DNA from: Magallana gigas
Taxonomy: Eukaryota
NCBI RefSeq assembly: GCF_963853765.1
Contig: NC_088855.1
Coordinates: 7,812,001 to 7,876,000 of the forward strand
Length of the DNA stretch: 64,000 bases
Direction of reading: 5' to 3'
Part shown: positions 1 through 10,500 of the stretch, piece by piece
Position numbering within the stretch: the stretch's first letter is position 1
Layout: every line of letters begins with the position of its first letter
Notes under the pieces: model-generated
Told to the model about the DNA's origin: nothing
What the model saw: the letters and a program-made list of their open reading frames with translations, nothing else
The model's database searches: none
Position numbers and translations under genes: made by a program

Positions 1-258
1 TTCTTCCGCCATCTTTAAAAACCTTGACCAAAGTCTCTCTGCTGGTTGAACCATGGTTTCATTTTAGTCAGACTAAAGTGAGTTTGATTTCATTTTAATT
101 GAATTACAGCAACCTAATTTGTGATCGAACTCGCTAATGGTTGAGCACAACAACTTCTATAAATGTAATATTAATAGTCCCTAACAGTCATGTACAATGC
201 TAGTCATACTGTTCTTTTCTTGTTCGCCTTTATAAAAATTCCAAACAAATGGGCTTAC

Positions 259-3200
259 CTAAGGAATATATAAGCTGTTTCTGGTAATCGATAGACCTGA
301 AATAAAATATTTCATTTCAGGTTTTTTGTTTTCTCATTGTGTTACATCACAAATCAGAAAATCAATGCATGAGAATCAACATTGGCTTAAGAGAAAAAAA
401 ACAAAAAACCATTATCTAGTTCATGATTACACTGAAAGCATATATTATATACTAGATAAAATATTGGAGATTTCACAGAAAATGCACAGAGACCAAATCC
501 TTATCCAATGTGCAGTACTGATTAAATGAAACTAATAAGGTACGTGTTGACATTAATGCTGACATTAATCAGATGTCATTGCTCTTCGGGATAAAAGTGC
601 AATTAGTTTTGGAGTCATGTTCAATATCTGGTGTTCACTTCTCTATCTGTTTTCTTTTTGTGCAGCAATCTGATACACTTTATATGCATAAAGGAGGCTT
701 TTTCTCTGGTATGTTGAATCAAGAAGAGATTTTTTTTTTTACATAGTCAGACATTTGACATCCGTGCCGGACAATCACACCAATGCCTGATGATGATAAT
801 AAATGGATGGTTGCTGTGAACTCTGATCTCAATATGTCTCACCTTCCAGTTCATGCTCTCAAAAAAGGAGCTAAGTCTGGCCTGGCCGGTGGTTTTCCCT
901 CCACATGGCCCTGAAAAACAAACACAAATGACAACCAACACCGACAAGTACATCCATTGCCATCAAAATAACTCCACACATACATTCCTGACCCCATGGG
1001 GAGACAGAAAACTGACAGTCACCACTAAACAGCCTGTCCATCCCCTGTTGATTTCAGAAATAGAAACCAACTAAACCATTTAACTCCCAGACATTTTTTG
1101 GCATACCATCATAATGTCATTTTTTTCCCTTCCCCTCCTACATATTTGATTACAGTACTTTTTATGCTAATTTAGCTTCATTGACAAGATACAAACATTT
1201 AGGGCTTGATTAAAAAAAAAAAAATTTAAACTGCATATGCTTCTCCATATGATCAAAAGTGTCAGGATTTGAGGTAAATTAGATACCTGTATATTTGAAT
1301 TTCTAACATCTGCTTAAAAGCATTTCTCACTTGAAGCATACACAATGTCTTTTCTTATGAAATATTGAACAAAAATATTGAAATATAGTTTGCATCTTTT
1401 ATATACATTTGAAGTTGTAACTGGTTTATATACTACATGCATATCAGAAGTAACATCTTAAAATAGGACTATTTTCAGGTTAAACCTTATCAACAACAAA
1501 CTTCCCTCATATCAGGTCCTATATCAAATTCAGCACTCTGATTTCATGTTTTAAGGAGAAGGAGTAAAAAGTACAAATGAATAATTATCAATTAATGATA
1601 TTAATGATGCATCAATGACTTTAAATGAGCTCTCGCTCCGACTTGCATTGTCAGGCCACAGAGATCAAATGAACATGATTGACTTACGATAATAAAAGTG
1701 TCGTGATTATTCATAAAATCTAAAAACATCCTGGAAACCAGGAGATAATAAGTAGAAGGGGGCTATCTAATATTCCAGATAGTCTGAAGAAGCTATCTAG
1801 GGCACTAAAAATAAAATGCAAAAAAATTGTTCAATGTAATGTAAAACGCATAACGCAATCCAGTACAATTTTAATTGCATTATTTGAGGTAGGTGAAATG
1901 CTGTGTATGGATGGCAAAATCACACAAAAGAGTTCATTAATCAACTATCTGCAAATTCTTCATTTGCTTTGTCAGTTTGGAGCATTATAATATCAAATAT
2001 ATAACATTGAGATAGCTAGCTGCACCAGTTTACAAAGCTCTAGCAGTTTCTAGAAAAATTATTTCAAGGACACACGGGGAAGTTGTTAACGCTCTATAGC
2101 TACTGGTGTATTATAAAATGTTTGTGTAATGTAAATACATGTATTGATGATGGCTAACAAAACAAACAGGTCAACAATTTATAGATCTTGCATTAGTACT
2201 GTGAACATTCGAATTTGTCACTTCTTGCAAAATGAAAATTCATGTAACAGGATATACATTTGCATACCATAGGTAAAGGCAAAGTGCTACTTGTTAAGGG
2301 TATTCCTTGGTGATGGGAATTATGTCTTTCTACATTCTTTGAAAGATGCTTGATAAGACTGACATAATTCACACTACAATACAGTCAAAATTTCAATAGC
2401 TGTGGATCAAAATTGAAGATTTTTAAGCCTTCTATACAGTGAACTATGTAGAAGCTTTTAAAAGGCATTAACTCCAGAAAAGTTTTAACGTAATGTTTTG
2501 ACTGACCCTTGTCCAATCAGATCAAAGAAGTGGAGTTGAGACATAACTGCTTGTGACTTGAATGAGAGAGAGTGGGGGAAAGAGAGAGTTTTTCAAAAGA
2601 GTTTTTAATGGAGTAAATTAGAAATGACAAAGATGATCAGGAAAAATATCTATCAATAGTTATAAGTGACAAATCAAGGTTTAGTATATCTTATAAATAT
2701 GTAACTTTGAAAGTGATTTGAAACTCTTTCACAAGGGAACAACGATGTCTATAATAGATAGAGGGATGAAGTAATATCAAACATCAAAGAAATAATGAAT
2801 ATTAAGTCATGAGTGACAATGTCTTAACTTCGCCCTACTACAATCCGATTGGACAAAGGTCGGTTAAAACATTATTTTGAAACTTTTCTGGAGTTACCAC
2901 CAATTAAAAACTTCTACATAGTTCACTATAGATACAGAAAGAATATTCTACCATGTTCCTACATGTAAATTTATTTCAAGAGACAGATTTTTAAAACAAT
3001 CTTCTAATATAATTGAAACTACTGAAATTAAAGGAGAGTTTTTAACCTTCTATTTATCATATACTTACTCAAAAGCATTGCCTGTGATTTTTTTTTCAAA
3101 AGTGAACATAACATGTCATGATGTAATGTTTTTACCATTGAAAATATATCACTTTTTACATGTATTAAACAGATAACTTCTGATACTTAAGTAACTTCAC

Positions 3201-3752
3201 CACTATATAAGTACTTAATTTAAAAGGTGGGGGAAATATGCAATTGCTACTATAATCTTTGCCATAGGATTAATTATTTTGCACTGAACAGTTATAATTA
3301 TATAATAATTAAGACGATGTCTCTGAAGGTTAAAGACTATGTAAAACTTCGTTGACAAGTAATTTAACTTAAGGATGCTTCACATGGAATCTAAATTAAT
3401 TTATAATGATCATGTGTCATTTGTTAATGTTAAAACCAACTATATAATAAAATTGAGGATTAATTTTTTATTATTGTTTAATAAACATAACAAAAGAATT
3501 AGTGGACGAGAAAATAAAGATAAATAATCATAAGATACTGATACTACTACTAAAGAATATCGTTCCAGTTTATCTTACAGGATCAGCATCAATATTATGT
3601 TTCAATGACACACAAGAAGAACTTAGAGTTAATTGAGACCACGTGCTCTTCTCAGGTTTACAAACATTAAATGCAAGAAACAACGTGCACATACCTCCCG
3701 TTAACACGACTTTATAGACCTTGTTACGATTTTTGCCTTCTTCCTGCGACAT
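259..3752 (-). CDS. Ttd14: Ttd14-like (TRPL translocation defect 14; NadR/AAA_28-type P-loop NTPase) gene, 5' part only; coding exons 3752-3695, 910-843, 296-259; continues beyond window start
   Basis: Spliced translation [19 protein letters not shown]|[23 protein letters not shown]|[12 protein letters not shown]; Walker A GGPCGGKT split by a phase-1 intron; canonical GT-AG with consistent phases 1,0,2; recalled similarity to the Drosophila Ttd14 N-terminus. In-frame upstream ATG at 3854 is possible. Confidence 0.85.
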
Positions 3753-3934
3753 CACGAAGATCTGCCTGTGGACGTCTATGTAACGGTAACCTCGTGTCAA
3801 CTGAAGGGGAAAGTGCGATGCATACCTCCTAAACAAATGGCAGAAGTGTTTCATCCAATAGTAGGACCGCAAGTAATGAGAGAAATCAAAACAGAAAAAA
3901 AATATTTTGTAGAATCCTGAACCCGATGCATTTA

Positions 3935-3936
<2 letters not shown>

Positions 3937-4017
<81 letters not shown>
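3937..4017. repeat. (GA)n microsatellite
   Basis: About 40 uninterrupted GA units. Confidence 0.97.
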
Positions 4018-4019
<2 letters not shown>

Positions 4020-4244
4020 TACACATAAATCATGGGTAATTTTTAAAAAATACATTATGATTTTAAAAAAGAACTATGATGTTTTGAATGAACATAAAAA
4101 ATGCATATCTTTGTATTTATACATTTATATTTACATCTACATGATCCCCTCTATTTCTTACGGAAACTGGCTTATAGTTAATACATAGATAGAATGTTAT
4201 ATCGTTAAATGACAGATGTCCTACGGACACGGTTTAGCTCTACA

Positions 4245-4505
4245 TAGAACCATTCTAACAAGAGCTTGGACTTTGGGTAGTTAACGGGTGTGAAACAGCA
4301 ATATGTGACATAGGCTTGTCTATTTCATTGTAGGCCACTCAGCTATTGCTTTTTGAAATCAACAAGATTTGTCTGGCTTTTGAGCTAAGACCATGAAATC
4401 GGTGTATATTTCACTCGAAACCAGTATCATTTTAAACCTTTTTTTACGCAAGAAATAGATAGTAACGTCCTACTGAAAGTCCAAGGCCTTGTTAAAATGG
4501 TTCTA
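4245..4505. mobile_element. MITE with ~30-bp terminal inverted repeats
   Basis: TAGAACCATTCTAACAAGAGCTTGGACTTT at the left; AAAGTCCAAGGCCTTGTTAAAATGGTTCTA at the right. Confidence 0.7.
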
Positions 4506-4832
4506 GCTCTAAAGAATTTACCCTCTATCGATTGGTTGAAACCTATAGCGACTGAAACTGACAGGACTGAAATCTACACGCGCCGTTTCGTCGAAACCTA
4601 CAGCGATCTTTAAAAAATCACGGACCGCCTGCACGAACATCTTAAATGGGGAGCGAAGTGGACCGAAAACCCTGGGTTAGCGAAGATGCTGCACGAAATA
4701 ATCATGATGAAATTAGACTCAAATTTCCATAGGAAACGATTTGACTGTTTCTTTAAGCTAACGTACCAATAAGTTTTACTTACTTTTTACAATCAATTTA
4801 TCAATTTGTTAAAAGAAAGATGTAAATATAAA

Positions 4833-4983
4833 CAATAAAATGCTTTCTATGACGACTCATGCAGGTTTCAAGGTAGCGATCATTGCAGTATTTTTTTTCT
4901 GCAATATGATCGCAGAAATTTTTCTGCAATGTCGCCACCTTCATATCCCGCATGAATCACCTAAAGTGGAAAGGATTTTATTG
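4833..4983. mobile_element. Degenerate palindromic MITE-like element
   Basis: Imperfect ~55-bp arms (AATAAAATGCTTTC...GATCATTGCAG / CTGCAATGTCGCCACC...AGGATTTTATT). Confidence 0.55.
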
Positions 4984-5958
4984 TTTTTAAAATGTTTTTA
5001 TAATTCATAGAGCTAGATGACTTCCTATTACCACACCATATTTACATGAACTCACACAAGATTTGAACAGATTCGTTTATCTTAAATGTACGTGAAGTTA
5101 TCATTCGCTTAATTATGAAATAAACGTTAAAAATAGTTTTACTATGTAACCGTTTATTTACACTGTATTATTATTATACTATCATATATATAGGCCTATA
5201 AAAAAAAAGGTTACGGGAATCGAACCAGCGATGTATAATTATTGTATTGTATACGTATCGAACCATGCAGATATATATGGCATCGAAAGCAAATTTGAAA
5301 GTTGAGGCTTGACTTATTATACATGTACATTTATAACTTTGCCAAAAAAAGTTGGGGGGGGGGGTGTTAAGACACCCCCCCCCCACCGGTTCGTATAGGG
5401 TCGTATACTTATAGTGCAAAAATTTCGCTTTATTACATGTGTTATATTGCGAAAGTAACCTATTTATTTACGAAATATTTTCGTTTTTTCCCCCCGAGAA
5501 AGTTACACGCGTTATTCGCAAAAGTACCTTGCATTGCGAAAGATACGCGCCTTTTTTTCGCTATCAACTATTAATTAGCTATTAAAATAAACACCATTGG
5601 CTTTTTTAGTAACTCACTATACTGTATAGCTATTTTGATATACCTTAAAGCAGCCTTTATTATTATTATAAATCATTAATTATTATTAAGAAAATATCGA
5701 GGCAAAATATCGACATTTGGCGTATTTATCATAGGTATTCCGGAATAAATAAAAACAAAATTAGGAAAAAAATTAACAAATGTCATAACGGCGGACGATT
5801 TTTGCCAGTTGTGGTGTTGATCTGTTATTCATGTACGTGGCTAATTGCACTAAGAATTTAATGGACTTTCGTATTCAATCAAATTAGACCTGGTTCATAT
5901 TTATAAATGCAGACTATAAAAAAAATAAGGCTTTCAATCCCTATATATGGCGTTTCTT

Positions 5959-6319
5959 TAGAACCGTTTTCAACATGAGCTTGGACTTTCTGTGGGATGT
6001 TACTATATGTAGTTTGCTCATCAAAACAGCCCCTTTTTCTAATTCGCTAAGAGATGCTCATTAATATTCATATACTGTGAAAACCGGAAAGTTGTTTGCC
6101 AAGATCTGCTCTGCTGTGTGAAAATGACGCTGTTTCAGCGAAATATACATGTACATCCCTGTGTAAAAATCGGACGAGTGTCATTGCGTTCAAGTGTTCA
6201 ATATATTCAGTATCTATTAGCCAAAGACTGGGCAGTTAATCATGAGTAGACCCCGCCTTCATGAAATCGAAGTTTGTCACGTACTGCCTAAAATCCAAGC
6301 TCTTGTTAAAACGGTTTTA
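5959..6319. mobile_element. Second MITE with the same TIR family as 4245-4505
   Basis: TAGAACCGTTTTCAACATGAGCTTGGA ... TCCAAGCTCTTGTTAAAACGGTTTTA. Confidence 0.65.
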
Positions 6320-6471
6320 AATGTTTTGTGCAGTTAACCTTAGGTTTTTTGGTAAATTAGGGACACATCGTTTTACACGAAACACTTGAAAATTAAATAG
6401 TCCCGATTTAAATTAAAATGGTTGAACAGTTTACATTTTCTATATATAGGTGTTAATATGTGTAATAACTA

Positions 6472-6642
6472 CAGTGGCGTCGGAAGCAAATTGAAATTGG
6501 GGGCGGGCTAGACTAATCCTCAGAAATCTTGACAAGCAAGGGGGGGGGGGGGGGGGGGAGGGGGTAGTATACCTATAGTTCACCAAAGGAAAATTTTTAC
6601 CTACCAATTTTTTTTTTCACAAATCATGAAATTCCTAATCCG

Positions 6643-6673
<31 letters not shown>

Positions 6674-6859
6674 TGGTATACTTATGACCCTAACTTCTCA
6701 ATATTTTCATCTTTTCAAAGTAAATTTAGGAACATTTATCTTTGCTGCGAGAAACAGTGTTGGGGGGGGGAGGGGGGCTGGACCCTTCTGATGCTATGTG
6801 TCTATTGCTTAGATTTAACTTTGCAAAAAAACTGGGCCCCTCCGGTTCCGACGCCTATG
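6472..6859. mobile_element. G-tract-rich non-autonomous DNA transposon, CA..TG ends, 5-bp TSD
   Basis: Imperfect TIR CAGTGGCGTCGGAAGC / GGTTCCGACGCCTATG; AACTA directly flanks both ends (6467-6471, 6860-6864); long poly-G runs inside. Confidence 0.7.
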
Positions 6860-7516
6860 AACTAACACCAAGAAAATATACAGTGCAACCAGACAATAGA
6901 GTATATTACCTGCAAAATGACAAAGAATGCAAGAACAAGTTGTTTGTAATTCGCACGACTTACTCTAACACGACTTGTCTTGCATCTGCGACATTCCTGT
7001 AAACAAACGAAGGCTTAACTTTTTGTGGTATTTGAAATGACGTTTTCAAATTAAAACGGTAATATTTTGTTTAGAAAGAAATCTGTGTTTATAAATAATG
7101 TCCATAATTACGAAATCGTGAAGAGAGAATATACAACTGAAAAACGAATGAAATAATTGACCAGATGTTTCAATCATGTATAATTAGATGAATTGTCTTT
7201 TGTTAATGTAAAAGAAATCAGTATAGCGATATTTTGAGACAACGGTATACCCCATGAATGTGAAATTCATTTCTTATTTTAGATACTTTTTATAGATCTT
7301 TGTTAGGGACAAAAATATATTGAAATTTTTATTAAACTGTACTCAGTATAGTACACAGCTGGTACAAGCATGATAAATTGATAGCCATAAATCCCAACTA
7401 AAATTGACATCCCTCCTTTTATCAGAGACATAAATAATATTGTGTTATTTACGTTTCTGCTTTATATTCTATTATATTTTTATGTATCCAGCTCCAGCAG
7501 TATATAACGTCTAGGT

Positions 7517-10500
7517 ATGGCAGAGCTGTTGGGAGGGGAGGCGATTCTTGAGAGTCTACGCACAGATGTGTCAGACATTCAGTGGGCCATAAGTGGAATC
7601 ATATCCCGGGCAGGCCCAGTGGAAGTTGCCTCATGGAAATTTCCTGACAAGCAGAGTGCAGATTTAAACATAGAGGAGCTTCTTGATCTTTACAGTTACA
7701 GTGATGATGCAGAAGATAACCAAGTGGCCCACATTGCCTTGTATGAACTCGTCATAGACAGGTACAGGTTGCAATTTATGAAACACATAATCATAGATTA
7801 GTCACTCATAAATTATTTAGCATCCACATTTAATTCAAAACTTGCTGTAAAGATATTTTAAACATGTTATATGACATAAGATTATTCTGCACATTAAATA
7901 TTAAAATGTATGGGTCAACGTAATTATAAACATGTGGGATAATTACTATACTTCAAGTAGCTGAAAATAATTTGCTTTGATTGGAATGTGTCTTTAATAG
8001 AAATAACAATTTTGAATTTTTCTGTGTATTACTTGAAAATGTAAATTACTTGTACCTTGTTCATGTACTGGTTTGTATTTTATTACTAATTAGATAATTA
8101 TAGAATATGAAGTTCAAAAATATTTACTAAGTTTGTTGATTTGCAGATTTGTGTACCTGCTACAAGCTCTGTCTGCCCTGACCCAGCAGATGTTGGTCCG
8201 TGCAGGGGAGGATGTTATTGACCAGCGGACCTCTTCTATTGGACTTGTGGTCAAACAGTTCTGTAACAGACAAGTACAGCTCAACACAGTCGTCCAGCAG
8301 ACCATGTCGGATGTAAGTCAGTATGCTACTAATCTTACAGTAACTATCTACCTTTATGAAGTTAAACTACCATACAATAGTTCATTCACACTCTAAGAAA
8401 TACCCGGTATGTACATGTACAAACATAGACACAGAAGAGGCAAGCATCAAATTTAAAAAGAGATTTTGATCAAAGTTTAAGGTATCTATTAATCTGTAAA
8501 TAAAGTTTTCAAAATCAAACTATTGGTACCTTCATGTACCTGTATGTTGATATGGAATTTGATGAGCATAATGGTTATTGTAGATCAAGTCAAAATCAAG
8601 AAAGATGGTTGACTTGGAAAACAACATGAAACAGATGGCAGAGGAGCTCAGTCAACAGAGTGAGACAAGTTCCCAAAGTGGACAGAAGCCATATCACTTC
8701 AGTCCTCACAAAGTGGGATCAGCCATGACTGGCTTTATCACCCCTAGTAAGATGGAGGAAATTGCCCGTGATGCCTGCACAAAGTCTTGTCAGACAGTGG
8801 AAACTGCTTTTGTACCTTGTGAGGGTTGTCATGTTGTGCAGAAGAACTTCCGCAGTGCTGGCGATGTTATTGTCAATATGTGTCAGTCACAGAAACTACC
8901 CTCCTCTCTTCAGAAGTACCGCCCCCTGGTGGCTGAGGTGAAGTGGTTGTCCCCGAACGATGTCATAAGATGGTCCACTGAACAAGCCAAGGATCTGGGG
9001 CGGATCAACAAACACATGGAAAACCTTATGGCCACCATCAACCCTCTCAAGGAGGATCTGGAAAACTGTGAACAAAAGTGTAAAAAGCTAGAGAGGAGAG
9101 TAGCAAACTTTGATGCTGAAATGAGAAAAGAGAGAGAAATTCAGACAACCTTACAGAAACAGTTTGATGTGAAGTTAACGGAAATTGAGGCTGAACACAA
9201 ACAGACAGTGTCCCTTGTGACTAGAAAGATGGAGGAGGTGGTGTCTAATAAGGAGACTATAGAAAATCAGCTCAAGAAATACAGGGCAGAGTTAGACTCC
9301 CAGCAAAGACTGCTGACAGAGTTAGGTTCGTACAGAATTATGAGGAGTAATTTAAATTGTACAAATTAATTGTACAAAATGCAAAAGTAATTAATTGTAT
9401 AGAATATCAGAAGTTCATTGTACAGAATGTCTGAAGAGTTATTAATTGTACAGTTTTTCAAAATTAATGCATTGCAGAAATCACATGTATTACAACACGA
9501 TTCAAAATTTGTATGAATATAAATTATACCAGGTATATGTAATTTTGTATTGGTTTTAATTAAACTACAGAAGATACAAAGAAAGCTTTAGTGGATGAAT
9601 TAAAAGTAAAGCATGCAGACACCTCAGAAGTCAATAGACTCCAGCATCATCTGGACGGCGTACAGAGTCGTCTACAGGAAGTGGAGGGAAAACTAGAGAA
9701 ATCGACCAAAGATCTGTCCAAAGAACAAGCCAGGAACAAAAGTGCTGCCAAACATAATCAAGTAAATAACATTTTAATGTGATCAATATTGTCAATCAAG
9801 ATAATAGACAGCAATGGAATTTTTATTTTTTTTCTACCAATCAGGACAGACCAGGGTGTCAATTTTAGGAGTCATACTTTTAATAAAAAATACATTGAAG
9901 AATGTCTGATATAAATTTACCGGTATATTTTAATTTTTATTCTGAATAAAGAAGCATTATGCAGAGGTTAATTAATATGACAAGTATATATATTATATAT
10001 GAACAATGGATGGACTATCTGATGACGTACAAATATCACTTCACCAAAAATGTACTCAAATTTAAATGAAAAGTCACTATGGTTGCCAGTCAAAAAACAC
10101 ACAATCCCAGGTTACTGTAAACTCAGCAAAATCATACACATGCACCTATGTACATTTTTTTCCCGAATTCATTGGATTTACAAATAAAGTTTGCATCTGA
10201 ACAGAGTCTGCAGACAAAGCAGGACTCACTGCTGCTGAGGATAGATGACCTTGATCAGGAGAACAGAGAGCTGAAAGACCAAGTGTCAGAGATAGAGGAG
10301 GAAAAGGACAGGATAGAGGAAACTCTGGAGAAAGTGCAGAAACATGTCAAGCAGTACAAGCAAAAACTGAAGGACAACCAGGTACAAACTGATAATACAT
10401 GTATCTTTAATATGTGATGTTTACCTTACAGGTACATGTATTAATGATGAGGTTTAAAATCTTTTTAGAGCTTGTTTGTTAGTATGTGAATGAATCTCAG

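Noticed and set aside
3570-4055. 161-aa ORF with a long SLSLSL tract
   Set aside because: The tract is the (GA)n microsatellite; only the 3695-3752 (possibly to 3854) part is coding.
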